A DNA stretch of 63,908 nucleotides, filler included, from Octopus bimaculoides (taxonomy: Eukaryota): the NCBI RefSeq assembly GCF_001194135.2. It is 9 parts of 9 records of this genome, joined end to end, with 100 filler letters (N's around TTAATTAATTAA, not from the genome) between each part and the next. Parts side by side here need not be neighbours in the genome. Positions count along the whole stretch, not along the records: positions 1 to 27,986 come from NC_068991.1; 8 more parts are not named here. One strand, written 5' to 3'. Below are positions 1 through 13,039 of this stretch, piece after piece (within the stretch, counting starts at the first letter, position 1; each line of letters opens with the position of its first letter). Made by a program: the position numbers and the translations under genes. Under the pieces are notes generated by a model, which was not told where the DNA came from, made no database searches, and worked only from the letters and a program-made list of their open reading frames with translations.

Positions 1-59
1 CAGTCCTCAGTCAAATCGTCCAACCCATGCTAGCATGGAAAGCGGACGTTAAACCATGA

Positions 60-92
<33 letters not shown>

Positions 93-1652
93 TTCAAAAT
101 TAAATGTGGCACTTATGTTTAGGCACCAGAATATAGTATGGCATTATCCAAACAATTCCAAAAACAAGGTGATCAAAAATCAAAAAAAGCAACACGGATT
201 TTAAAGGTTATTGCAGTACGCACGTTTCATGCTACTCCATTTATTTAAGTAATGCTAGCATTACATTAAAATGCAAAATGCAGAGCAATCTTCAGCTGCA
301 CAAGGATATAGAAAATTTACTGAAAATTTAATTTCAGCAGAATAGACATATTACTGTTGTGACAACATTTAAAATCTAAGTGGGAAAGAAGAATACATAA
401 AAAAACCATCTTGACATAGCCAAGGCTAGCAGGCTAGTAATTAATTCTAGGTAGAATTCTACCTGTCTCTGATTTTATTTGTTTCTTATCTAGTGATTTA
501 AAGTTTAAGGAGGCAATCAATCTTTCACTTATAAGGAAAGGGAAGGTGTAAGCATTATACATGGATATGGTTGTAAAGATTCCTCTGGTCATAGTGGCAA
601 CACAATTTTAGGTTGAGGTTTTTTTACTACTATCATAATGTAGGGGAAATTTAACATTAGGTCAACAGGGCTTTTTCTTTAGTCTGAATAATGTATCAGT
701 ATTGTTTTACATATACTAAGTATGGAAAACTTATAGATATCAATATTAACTTAATTATTATGTTAATAATAAAGATGTAATTAGTTCATACAAAAACCCT
801 GAAGTAGTGTTAATTTTGAATTTAAAAACTATAGATAAGGTGTGAAGTTTAAGAATTTTATATGTATTGGACTAAAGAAACTATTTTGAATTATTTTTAA
901 AATTATTTTAAAATTTAAAATTCAAGCTAATATTTGAAAGACACATAAGAGATAAAATTTATTTTTATAATTTAAAGAATTAATATAGGATTTACATAGT
1001 TTATAATAATGGGTTAATCAAGGTTTATCGAAAATCCTGCAACTGTCCAGCATCCCATCCAGGTGGGGAGTATATACACCACAGAAACCAGGAAACCAGC
1101 CCTATGTGTCTATATGACTTGGGAAAGATCTTGTGACATGATGTGTAATACTGATTCTGCCCGAAAGATACATCAGATGGGGAATACTTAATCACTTAAT
1201 TATTGAGTAAGTAGCTCAATTAATGAAGCTGGAATACACATTTTCAAAACTGTTGAAGAATCTGTATATTTTTGCTAACCCTCTCCAAAATAAGGTGCAA
1301 ATATATTTAGAATACATAAACTCTACTCTGACAAAGTACGACTTTTATCTTTTACTTGTTTCAGTCATTAAATTCCAGTCATGCTGGAGCACCACTTTGA
1401 AATGTTTTAGTCAATCAAGTAGGCCCCAGTATTTAATTTTTTTTTTTTAAACCTAGTACTTATTATGCTGGTCTCTTGCTGAACTTCTAAGTTATGGGGA
1501 CATAAACAAAATAAAACCAGTTATCAAGCAGTATTGGTGGGAGGACAATCTCAATCTCTCTCAACACACACACACACACGTTTGTCTTCTTTCAGTTTCA
1601 GTCTACCAAATCCACTCACAAGGCTTCATTGTTAAATCTTTCTTCTTTTTAG

Positions 1653-1822
1653 GTGGATTTGTGGCTGTTAATGAAATACTTCATCTACCAGCTTTTCGGG
1701 GTGCCAATCTAAAAGTTATCGAGAAAATTGTTGAAAACGATAGTAAACAACGGTTTCACTTGAAAATGGATGACAAATCACAGCGTATGATTATTCGAGC
1801 AAACCAAGGCCATACATTTGAG
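1653..1822 (+). CDS. TRPT1: TRPT1 internal coding exon (first in window): GFVAVNEIL...NDSKQRF...IRANQGHTFE
   Basis: Acceptor tcttctttttAG at 1651-52 and donor GAG|GTAAAT at 1823. The translation holds the Tpt1/KptA motifs KQRF and IRANQGH. Phase 1 in, phase 0 out. Confidence 0.95.
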
Positions 1823-2138
1823 GTAAATCAGTATCTAACTAACAAGTAATTTCTACTTACTCATACAACTTAATTGCTGGAGGAGCAATTACAATACCAT
1901 CAATGGACTTCATACTTTCTGTCAGATTTAATGCATAACAGAGGTGTGGTTGAGGTGGAACTGGGAAGAGATAAAAATAGAGATGGTGAAGTGTTGGGGT
2001 AGATCCTCAAGGCAGGTAGATAAAAATGAGTGGGGACTGGAGAACAGGTGTTGGTGGGTATTTTTTTTTAAATTCCAGCATCATTGTTTCTCTCCTCTTT
2101 GTACAACTTAATAAATTTTGTTGTGATTTAGAAATGAC

Positions 2139-2351
2139 TTAACTTTTTAGCATTTAAACCATCCATATCAGGCCCAAATATTCTACCTGCCTTATCTTCA
2201 AATTCAGCCTTTCACACCTAGCTTTCAATGTCAGTCTAAAAATATACATCATTGAAGTTTCAAAGCTACAGGATAATGCATGATTAATTCAGACTAATTT
2301 GAATAAATAAGCTTTACGTTTGACAAAGTAATCTGAATGCTAAAGGGTTAG
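2139..2351. mobile_element. piggyBac-type MITE
   Basis: TTAA-CTTTTTAGCATT at the left end and AATGCTAAAGGG-TTAG at the right: TTAA-like flanks with C(C)CTTTAGCATT terminal inverted repeats. Confidence 0.55.
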
Positions 2352-2542
2352 ACCAAATTTGAAAAAAAAAATTCTGGATCATTCATCCTAGCAGACAAGG
2401 ATAATAATGCCAGCTGTGACATAAGATAAATTATTTTGTTGCAATTATTCAGTTTTCTAATGTCTTTTATTTATATGTAAGTTTGTATACTTTCAAATTT
2501 TGATACATAATTTATATAACTAGTTTCATTTTTGTTTTTTAG

Positions 2543-2641
2543 TTGGAAAATCTTGATTTGAAAGAAATTCTTGATGCCTCCGAATTTCCTACCGTTTTGC
2601 ATGGTACTTACTATGAAAGCTGGAAGAAAATAAAGACTCAG
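2543..2641 (+). CDS. TRPT1: TRPT1 exon: LENLDLKEILDASEFPTVLHGTYYESWKKIKTQ
   Basis: Acceptor ttttttAG at 2541-42 and donor CAG|GTTTGT. 99 nt, phase 0/0. Contains the LHGT NAD-binding motif. Confidence 0.95.
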
Positions 2642-2830
2642 GTTTGTACTGTTCTTTTACTTTATTTCTTATTAAAATTTTTGCATCTTGAATTGCCTAT
2701 AAAAATATGTACATATGTCATAGAATCAATAAAGATCAGTTATTGATATTGAATTTTTATTGACTAGACAGTATTCAAATTTTGATGTTTTCTAGAGAAA
2801 GTTTCAGCTGCTACGATTATGACTGCATTT

Positions 2831-3872
2831 TATAACCTCCGTTTTAGTGAAAGTGGAAGTATTATTTTCAGTCATGTTTGTTTGTTTGTCTCAAGAACTG
2901 TTGTCTGGATTCAGATGAAACTTTCAGGGATGTTTGGCCTTGTGACTGGCACAAACTGATGAGATTTTGAGATCAATCCGGTACTAGACAAGGATTCTGG
3001 ATTGTTTGTTATATTTACCTTACTTTACACGAAATATTATGATCTTATGTTGACTTTCAAGTCTTTCTCTGATTATCTCCCTTGAAAGCACGCTCATGTT
3101 TTCATGTAAGTTATGGCGGCATTGCTGTTTCCAAAGTTTTATTTTCATTTCTCTATTATTAATTTTACTCGCGTCTCTATCTTAGTATAAACTGATGGAT
3201 AAAGAAATCAAACTACATAAACAAACGGCTGCAAAACTGTTCAGAAATTAAATAGCATTAACATATTCAGTTACAATAATAAATTTAATTTATCCTCGAC
3301 AATTTTTAGTTTTACAAATTTTGAATATATCACTCCTGTTTAAAACCTCTTACCTACTTGACAATTTCATTTCTAGCTCTGCCTTTAAGAAAGTTTTACT
3401 TCTTGAACTTATGTTTTTGTGTGCAACGATGTTGTTAAACCTCCATTAGCACCATATGCAGGTCCTTTCCGTTTTCTTTCATGCATGGATACATTTTTCA
3501 CTACAGACCTTAATGGTTGTAAAGACACTATATCAGTGGATAGACTGAAAAAGGCCTTCATAGAGAAAACTCCCTCTGTTCCCACTGCAGATGACACTCA
3601 CATGGCATTACAAACACAGCCCACACACCCACTTTTACATTCCATGACTACCATTGGGATCGATCAGGTACCGGACAAGGATTCTGGATTATTTTTCCGT
3701 CTATTTTTTACTTAATTTTTCAGAGCGGTCAAGTTTATTTTTAGTATTCTTGTTTGTGAAAGCAGTCGAGTTTATTTCAGATATTGTCATTTTAAAAATC
3801 ATCTCCGGCTAATCTGAGGACATTGGTGTTGCCTTGGCAGAGGTTTACACTCTCTGAGTGCTCTTGTTCTTT
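2831..3872. mobile_element. Non-autonomous Helentron-type (HINE/DINE-like) element with an internal insertion
   Basis: Subterminal inverted repeat AACCTCCG (2834) / CAGAGGTT (3838), (GTTT)n near the left end, and a 3' stem-loop CACTC-TCT-GAGTG (3848-3860). Confidence 0.55.
3405..3600 (+). mobile_element. Gypsy integrase C-terminal fragment
   Basis: VFVCNDVVKPPLAPYAGPFR...DLNGCKDTISVDRLKKAF matches the Gypsy integrase tail pattern PYxGPF...VSIDRLKP. Confidence 0.7.
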
Positions 3873-4603
3873 TATTCTTTTACTTGTTTCAGTCATTTGA
3901 CTGTGGCCATGTTGGAGCACTGCCTAACATTAGTTAAGATTTAGTAAAAGAATTAAGTTCTAATAGGATATTTTTCAAACAAAATATATTTTTGTTAAAT
4001 ATCGTTATTCTTTTACTCATTCTGGATAATATTAGCTCTTTTGTTACATTTCTAACTAAAATATACTAACGTGTGTTTCTCAAATAATTGTGAATTGAGA
4101 TGGGTTTTTTTTTAAAACAACTATTTATGGGATAACACCACCCTATCCTCACCCCGTTTTTTTCTCTGCCTTTTATGTACCACTTTAGTATGTTCCATTA
4201 CTAAATAGAATGCTTTGATTGGAATAGACAAAACTAAATAGTTGATGAATTTTACATCATGACGACTACTATGTATGTATGTGTGTGTGTGTGTGTGTGT
4301 ATATTTATTTATTTATTTATGGGTTTCAGCCAAGTAGCTGTGGTCATGCTGGTGCACCACCGTATATGTGTATGTATGGATATATATATATATGTGTGTG
4401 TGTATGTATNNNNNNNNNNCCACCGTATATGTGTATGTATGGATATATATATATATGTGTGTGTGTATGTATGTGTGTGCATATATATATGTATGTGTGT
4501 GTATATATATATGTATGTGTGTGTGTATATATATGTATGTGTGTGTATATATATGTGTGTGTGTGTATGTATATATATATTTATATATATATTTATATAT
4601 ATA

Positions 4604-5847
4604 TTAGGGTGTTCAGAAAGTAATTGCATTTTGCCAGAAAGGATATAAAAATGAATCTAAAATATGTTTATCTGAATAGTTTTAATCAAGAATGTAATCA
4701 CCATCATTTTCAACAACTGCAGCCCAATGGGAAAGTAACTTTTTTCATGCCATATTCAAAGAAACCTATTTCTTTTCCTGAAAAAAGTCTGAAAGACTGT
4801 TTTCAACTTCCTCTCTGTTTCTAAATGTTTTGCCTCTTATAAAATGTTCTAATGATCAGAAAAGATGGAAATCCATAGGTGCTAAGTCAGGTGGGTGTGG
4901 AGGATGTGGAAGAGCTTCCCACCCTTTTGATCTTATTTTTTCTTGGGTTTCTTCAGAAGAGAGTGGTTGTGCATTGTCGTACTGGAGAATAACACCTTTT
5001 CTATTTACCATAGCTGGCCACTTTCAACATAATTCTTCATTTACACTCTCAAGTTGTTGGCAATAGACGTCTGCATTGATGGTCTTTCCATGTTCCATTT
5101 GCTTGTAATGGATGATACCTTTCATGTTACACTAAACACAGAGCAAGGATTTTAGTGGATGGAGTTCTGGTTTTGGTGTTGGCACTGACCTCTCATTACA
5201 TGATAACCATTATCTTTTTCACTTTCTGTTGTGATGCAAAACCCATTTTTCATCACCTGTAACAATGCACTGCAGAAATGACAGATTGTCATTCCTGGTT
5301 AGAAGACTGCTGCAGATGGTGGAATGTTGTATTTGGCTCTCAAGCGTAAACTCATGTGAAACCCAAATTCTTTATTTGCTTGAGATGTTTAAGGATAGTC
5401 GAACATGACACATATTTTTGCACCAAATCTTTGGTGCTTTGACATGGATCTGATAAAATAGTCTCATTCAAAAAGTCATCATCTAGAGTGAATCATCTTC
5501 CTGAGTGAGGCTTGTCGGATATGTCAAAATCACCATCTTTAAATCTTTTAAACCACAGCCGACATGTATGAGCTTTCACTGCATCCAGATACACTTCACA
5601 AATGTTTTTCATTGCTTCTGTAGTGGTACTTTTCATGCGAATTTCATACAGTAATCAATGGAGAATGTGGTGTTCTTAGCTTCCATGGGGTTAATTATCA
5701 AAATGACTATGAATGACACACTGCCAGATTAAAGAGATGATATGCTATTTCTAGACAGTTCCCACCCCTTCGACCTTGGTTCTGACATGATTGGTTGATT
5801 CATATTTCATAGTGGCAAAAAAACGCAATTACTTTCTGACACACTAA
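4604..5847 (-). mobile_element. Near full-length decayed mariner transposon
   Basis: TIRs TTAGGGTGTTCAGAAAGTAATTGC and, in reverse complement, TTAGTGTGTCAGAAAGTAATTGC. TA on both flanks, 1244 bp. The minus strand gives WFKRFKDGDFD, WVSHE and IVTGDEKW with disablements. Confidence 0.88.
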
Positions 5848-5864
5848 TATACATATATATATAT

Positions 5865-6243
5865 ATATGTCTCATGGCTGGCCAGCAACGTATTTTTTTT
5901 GCATTATATGGATAATTTATCCTGATCACGCTATTTATAGCATTATCACGCGTTTGAGAAATAAATTTATTTCTGTATCTTAATTTTTGTGGCAGGCATT
6001 GAAGAGCTGTGGGCATTTGAGCTCTAGACTATTGCAGTACCTGATCCTGAATTTAGATGGAGTGGATGGTACCTTTTGGTACAATGCAATGGCTGCCAGT
6101 TCTGGCACTTGTATAACACTCAATGCCAAAGTTAGGTACTAACCCTTCTAGGATTTTCCATATGTATATTATTGCGTATCTGTCATGCCTTCGCTCCAAG
6201 GAGTAGAGCTGTAGCTTTCTCAGCTTATCCCTATAGCTCATCC
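5865..6243 (-). mobile_element. CR1/L2-like LINE 3' end
   Basis: MSYRDKLRKLQLYSLERRHDRYAIIYIWKILEGLVPN, the L2/CR1-type YSLERRR C-terminal signature. Confidence 0.75.
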
Positions 6244-7046
6244 ACTATACTGTTTCAATTTTTTTAGTGTAGTAGCATGTGTATATATAGCTATACCACC
6301 TGACTAGTCTTCGTGCCGGTGGCACGTAAAAAGCACCCACTACACTCTCTGAGTGGTTGGCGTTAGGAAGGGCATCCAGCTGTAGAAACTCTACCAANNN
6401 NNNNNNNGGAAGGGCATCCAGCTGTAGAAACTCTACCAAATCAGGTTGGAGCCTGGTGTAGCCATCTGATTTCACCAGTCCTCAGTCAAATCGTCCAGCC
6501 CATGCGGACGTTAAACGACGATGATGATGATGATGATGATATATATAGCTAATTTGCTATATCATGTCATCGTCATCATTTAATATAACCCTCACCATAA
6601 TCACACAGCCATGCCTCCATCATCTGATAATTTTAGAAGAGAAATATTTTGAACATCCCCACTCTTTGTTCCATTTTGTAAATCATCTTCACTATTGTCT
6701 GACATTGATTAGATACTTAGAAAACCTCTATGTTCTCTATCCTGTCCTAGGTGTTTACATACTTGGAAATTGAATCTTCCAGTCTACCACATATTATGCT
6801 TGATGCATTTTCTTTCTTTCTTTCTTTTTTTTTTTTCTTTTTTTTTTGCTGCATTCTGAAATCAATAATGAGTGATCAGGGAGTGGGGAACTGGGGATAG
6901 AGAGAGTGAGTGAAGTCTAGACATAAATAAAAGGGAGTTGAATATGAACAAAGTCAATGAGTTGATACTCCTTATTATATGAGCAGAGAAGTGACAGTGA
7001 GGAAATGAATGATAAATGGATCATTTCAGTGAAAATTCAGAATTCA

Positions 7047-7420
7047 AGGCACAGAAGTGGCTGTGTGGTAAAGCTTGCTTACCAACCACATGGTTCTGGG
7101 TTCAGTCCCACTGCATGGCATCTTGGGCAAGTGTTTTCTACTATAGCCTTGGGGTGACCAAAGGCTTATGAGTGGATTTGGTAGAGAGAAACTGAAAGAA
7201 GCCCGTCGTATATATATGTGTGTGTTTGTCCCCCAACACCACTTGACAACCAATGCTGGTGTGTTTATATCCCCGTAACTTAGTGGTTCGGTAAAAGTGA
7301 CCGATAGAATAAGTACTAGGCTAACAAAGAATAAGTCCTGGGGTTGATTTGCTCGACTAAAGTCGGTGCTCCAGCATGGCTGCAGTCAAATGACTGAAAC
7401 GAGTGAAAGAATAAAAGAAA
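7047..7420 (+). mobile_element. tRNA-headed SINE family A, full-length copy
   Basis: A box TGGCTGTGTGG, B box GGTTCAGTCCC, internal (AT)/(GT) run and (AAAAGA) tail. Other copies lie near 1350-1630(-), 9092-9305(-), 17637-17997, 21530-21640, 31807-31920, 32650-32970, 48829-49107, 50690-50820(-), 55150-55370(-), 59315-59750 and 61480-61860. Confidence 0.88.
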
Positions 7421-8439
7421 AGGTTCTGTTTTGAGGTTCTTCAAACTTTACCATTTGTTAGTATCCATGAGAGGAATGATTTCTGAAAAGTTTAGCTCGA
7501 TAGCTTTTACCAGTCAGATCTTATTGCCATTTGATGTTTTAGGCAATTTTTGAAATATCGAATTTCTTTTATTAATAGGTTTGATACCATACGTAGCAAA
7601 GTATGTTCCTTTAATCCCCACCATCCCAAGTCTCTTGGGTACTAAAGATCAATTCTTTTAACTCAGCCAATGTAGAAAAAATGCCAACCAAAAATTGCAA
7701 AAATCCACGTCTTAGGGGCTATTTTTTTTTTAAATTAAGTTTAGGCAGCTGTTACTTAATAACAACTATTGGTGAATGCCTCAGATTCTCTAACCTTACA
7801 GTAAGGTCTGAAATCTTAATAAAACACATGGATTTACTTAATGAAAAGCCTGTTCTTGTGTAATGAGGTGGTCAAAAATGGGATGAAGTGGAAATTTTTT
7901 TTGTTTTTTAAGCAGAATAACTTCTTGACACTAAGTTGAAACTTTATAGAACTATATGCATATTCTGAAAATACACTTGGTGGTGAGTATAGAAATGTAA
8001 AAGTACAGCATTTAAAACTACTCTAAATATAAATTTTCATCCCCTGAAAATGGCTCAAAATAGAAATTTTCATTTTGCAGGATAGTTCTGAAAATCTTTG
8101 GATATTGACCTCTTGATTGTACAGCAACAACAACAATGTCATTGGCAAATGGAGGCTCATACTTTTATAATACCGTTACAGATTCACGGGGTTGAAAAGA
8201 AGAAAAATTCTACTAGTCCCATATTGATAGTTGATGGGACAATCATAAAAGTTTTCTTAGGCTGGATTTTTCCCTCCAAAGCTGAAGAAAAATTAATAAA
8301 ACTAGTAAAAAGTCAGAAATAACATGATACAGTGGAAAACGAAACTAATCAAAAGCTATTTGCTAGTCTAATACATATCACATCAAACTTTGTATATCAT
8401 CACACAAAAAACGATAAAAACAACTGCTAGTGCTTTCAG

Positions 8440-9090
8440 AAAAAGAAGAATCCACATTCACAATTGTGTCCTCTATGTGAATCGAACTGATATCATTTTT
8501 TGGTCAGAAGAACTGATTGGCAGGACCTTGGGATGAAGGAACTTTACATTAACATCAGTGTTCAGCTGAAACATAATTTACCACTCCAAAGTACTAATCG
8601 TTATCATACTGACACTCGTACTATGACTTTGGTAGATGTCCTCAGTTGAAATAATATTTACATTATCTTGCAGTAGCAGTTTTGATAAATGATTTCCAAA
8701 TACAAGTATCATGGGTATATCATTACTACATGGAAAAAATTCATGGTTTCTGCATATGCCTTTGAATGTGAACTGTGACATCTGGTTAACTGACTTGAAC
8801 TCCACATAAAAAGTGGTTACTATATTGATCTCTTTCCTGGCAAATTCAAACGACTACTTTGGGGTTAAGATCTGGTTTCTGCAGACTTGCTCATGCTGCT
8901 AAGTGCTTGATGGTCCCACCAATGCTATCATAAGCATTCTTACTATATATGATGTGGCAAAGAAATGCCATTCTGCTTTTAACTGAAAATCCTGTCACCA
9001 ACCCTCACTGTTACTCCATGGTCAAACATATTTCTCACTAAACAAATGACATCACTTGTATAACAATGACATACATTTAGAGCCATCACA
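8440..9090 (-). mobile_element. Decayed DDE-type transposase fragment, superfamily uncertain
   Basis: Minus strand reads DFQLKAEWHFFATS(fs)KNAYDSIGGTIKHLAA*ASLQ...QILTPK*SFEFARKEI. It abuts a SINE at 9092. Confidence 0.6.
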
Positions 9091-9931
9091 GGAGGTTGAG
9101 ACAAGAGGATATATGCACACCCCATATATACAAACACTTTCATATATGTCAGGCTTCTTTCAGTTTCTATCGACCAAATCTACTCACAAGGCTTTGGTCA
9201 GTGTGGGGCAATAGTAGAAACATTTACCCAATGTGCTGCTCAGTGGGACTGAATTTAATACTACATGGTTGGGAAGCAAGCTTCTTAACCATATAACCAT
9301 GCCTGTATCTTTATATAAAATACAGTCTTGGTTTTTGTGACCTGAAGTTTTCAGGTTCAGTCCTACTGCATGCCAACATATATAAAAGGCACCTGTGCTG
9401 GTGACACATTAAGGGCACCCAATACACTCTATGGAGTGGTTGGTGATAGGAAGGGCATCCAACCGTAAAAACCAAGTCAAAACTGACTGGAGCCTGATGC
9501 AGTTCTCCAGCTTGCCAGTTCCAGTCAAACCATCCAATCCATGCCAGTCATGGAAAACTGATGCTAAATAATGATGATGACAGTGACGATGATTAATAGT
9601 AATAATAATAATGAGGTATGGAAAGCAGTTGTCTAACTGACATAATTCCCAGAAGTAAGTTATTTGAACAGGCCTGAGTTGCATGTGATAAGTAAGTGCC
9701 AAAGTAAAGGGGTCAGTATCAACTAAAATCTATTATGGTTGCTGTTTAATGACTGAAAAACCAGTGAAAACAAAATGAAAGAATTGATCAATGTGGAGAA
9801 ATTTCTAAGACAATAAATCAAAAGTTACTTTAAAAATGTAAAACCTGCAATATCCATTTAATCAAAAGCTAGTAATGTCTTGTTATCTGAACTGGATGTG
9901 AATAAATATGCTCTGATAAGGGATTTCAAGG

Positions 9932-10133
9932 ATTAATCATTTTTGATATCAACCGACCTGAGATACAAACTTCCTGTTTTGAAGTGATCTTAACTGAAAA
10001 ACCTTCCAGCAAATTTTTGTTCATAACACCAGCTATAAGTAATGGCAAAATTATTTTATTAAATTCATCATTTTCAAAATAATTTAAAACAAAAGCAGTG
10101 AATTTCAGCAGAAATATGGTATTAAAGGAATTA
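9932..10133. mobile_element. TTAA-bounded MITE, degenerate
   Basis: Bounded by TTAA at both ends with a degenerate terminal inverted repeat, and similar in layout to the 2139-2351 element. Confidence 0.35.
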
Positions 10134-10519
10134 ATGTACCCTCTTTTTTTATTTCCTTGGTTTAATCAGTAGGAATGAATTGTACTCATGCCCTTTGCAA
10201 GCCCTTCAAATGCTTGTGAGGTCAATACAGTTAAGTTTTTCTTGAACAGTTGAAGTTGACAACTCCAATCAAAAATAAACAGGGAGTAAATTCAAAGGGA
10301 GCTGGCATTCTAAGGAAGGACTAGTGACTAGTTGAAACCTGAACTGAAGAACTATTGAGGGCCCTGAGGGCGGGGACAATATATAGGTGAGGAGAGAAAA
10401 AAGAAAGTGCCTGAGAAGAGGCAGCATAAGATTTGTAAAGAGAGGCAGGGTGAATTTTCATTTGCATATTTTGTGAGAATTTAATTAGATTTGTAATATT
10501 TACATTTTCATATTTTCAG

Positions 10520-10592
10520 GGTTTGAAAACAATGCAAAGAAATCACATTCACTTTGCTGCTGATATGCCAGGAAGCTCTGGAGTAATAAGTG
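10520..10592 (+). CDS. TRPT1: TRPT1 exon: GLKTMQRNHIHFAADMPGSSGVIS(G)
   Basis: Acceptor ttttcAG at 10518-19 and donor G|GTAAGT. 73 nt, phase 0/1. RxHIHF motif. Confidence 0.95.
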
Positions 10593-11248
10593 GTAAGTGA
10601 AATTAGTTATCATTAATTATAAATTAGCTTTTCTTATCATCCTCTTCATGAGTTTTATGTCTGCTTTTTATATGCTGGCATGGGTTAGCTAAGGCTTGCT
10701 GAGGCAGTATTCTACGGCCAGTCGTTCTCCCTGATGCTGACTTGCATATTTCAAAATAAAATACCTTATTCTATGACTTCACATAAACTCCCTAACTGCT
10801 GGATATTTTCTTTATGAAAAACTTTGTTGTCTCTAACTAAAGCTTCAATGGAAAAGCATACCAATACAAACACTTACAGTAGGGTCCTATACAGTCTTTG
10901 CTTATCAAATTTCACTCGTACAGTATTGGTCAACTGAAGGATATGCCCAATTGTGTGGTCATGATGTGAACTTTTTAACCTCAAACCTGTATCTGCATAT
11001 TATGTCTACATACACACTCACACAAGCACACACACACACACACATTCTACAGCTTCATTAGAGTGAAAGATGTTTACAGTCTTTGTTGACATAACTGGTA
11101 GAATGAAAATTCACTTATTTTAAAAATAAGTTAAAGATTGGCATCTAGATAAGCACCCAGCCATGGAATCCTGCCCTCAAATATATCCTAGTCCAAATCA
11201 TGTTAGCATGGGGAAACCTGGTAGATGAATTAAACGAATTATTATCCA

Positions 11249-12565
11249 TCTATATCTATACTATATATAAAACAGAGATGTGTGTGTAATCGCTTATCAC
11301 GTGAAAACGGCTTCACCATTTACTTCCATACTTGTCATACATGAATAATTTGACCTTGGATAAATCTTAGGCTCTTCATTTGATTTTTTTTTTATCGCTA
11401 ATTAAAAATAAATAATATTGCTTTATATTTAAGATTCACTTCTTTAAAAAGGTTTCTCAATGTCAACTTCCGGTATGGACGGGAAAAAACGGCGACGTCT
11501 CTCACTCTCTAATTTTAATGTTCGCTTTCTGTAAACAACTACGATCAATTANNNNNNNNNNNNNNNNNNNNNNNNNNNNNNNNNNNNNNNNNNNNNNNNN
11601 NNNNNNNNNNNNNNNNNNNNNNNNNNNNNNNNNNNNNNNNNNNNNNNNNNNNNNNNNNNNNNNNNNNNNNNNNNNNNNNNNNNNNNNNNNNNNNNNNNNN
11701 NNNNNNNNNNNNNNNNNNNNNNNNNNNNNNNNNNNNNNNNNNNNNNNNNNNNNNNNNNNNNNNNNNNNNNNNNNNNNNNNNNNNNNNNNNNNNNNNNNNN
11801 NNNNNNNNNNNNNNNNNNNNNNNNNNNNNNNNNNNNNNNNNNNNNNNNNNNNNNNNNNNNNNNNNNNNNNNNNNNNNNNNNNNNNNNNNNNNNNNNNNNN
11901 NNNNNNNNNNNNNNNNNNNNNNNNNNNNNNNNNNNNNNNNNNNNNNNNNNNNNNNNNNNNNNNNNNNNNNNNNNNNNNNNNNNNNNNNNNNNNNNNNNNN
12001 NNNNNNNNNNNNNNNNNNNNNNNNNNNNNNNNNNNNNNNNNNNNNNNNNNNNNNNNNNNNNNNNNNNNNNNNNNNNNNNNNNNNNNNNNNNNNNNNNNNN
12101 NNNNNNNNNNNNNNNNNNNNNNNNNNNNNNNNNNNNNNNNNNNNNNNNNNNNNNNNNNNNNNNNNNNNNNNNNNNNNNNNNNNNNNNNNNNNNNNNNNNN
12201 NNNNNNNNNNNNNNNNNNNNNNNNNNNNNNNNNNNNNNNNNNNNNNNNNNNGACACACCCCTTCACTGGCTCTGTCTCTCTCTCTCTCTCACACACACAG
12301 CACACGCGCGCATACACACGTGTGTCTTTGTAAATATGTTTGTATACATTTATGTATGTGTGTGTTTGTAAGAGACAGAGTGTGAGTGAGTCAAAGGGTG
12401 TGTTGTCATATGCATCCATCATTTTTGGATGTATGTGTGAGAGAGTGGTGTGTATGTAGTATTTACTCTCTCTCTCTCTTTCACACACACGCACACACAC
12501 ACACACACACAAAGATGTATGCATATTTATGCATGTACGTATACATGACAACAAACCTCTCTCTC

Positions 12566-12612
<47 letters not shown>

Positions 12613-12915
12613 GTGCGCGTGCGTGCGTGAGGGGTTCCACAATCGCAATTTATTTCAATTACTGTTGTGAGGATATTCACGTAAATCATTTTTTTCATTT
12701 AATCCACATTTTAATTTTCGTAAAAGTTTCCAAGTACCAATGAGGCTTTTTGGCGCATCTTCAATTTTCCAATTCATGAGAGGTGCCCAGTCATCATTCA
12801 TCTGAGAGTCCATCTGCAGAATGTCCTCAGATTTCTATACAGCATATTTTGCTTTTTTCCTTCCAGTATATAAGCAACAATTTCATTCCAGGGCAACGCC
12901 GGGTTGCTCTGCTAG
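11249..12915 (+). mobile_element. Non-autonomous Helitron spanning an N-gap
   Basis: 5' A|TCTATATCTATACTATATATAAAA, 3' hairpin GGGCAAC-gccgg-GTTGCTC followed by CTAG|T (12912-12916), giving the canonical A/T insertion. Confidence 0.8.
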
Positions 12916-13039
12916 TTATGTATAAACTGAACCACAAAAGAAATGTCACACACATAGAAACAAGTTTATTTACAGACTGCCATAGCATTGATTGAAAGGT
13001 GCTAATTAAGAAACTTTTTTCTCCTAATGATAAAATTTC

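Noticed and set aside
4350-6437. Direct repeats flanking 10-N gaps (4350-4389 versus 4400 onward; 6368-6397 versus 6408-6437)
   Set aside because: Identical sequence on both sides of a minimal gap is typical of unmerged contig overlaps, not real duplication.
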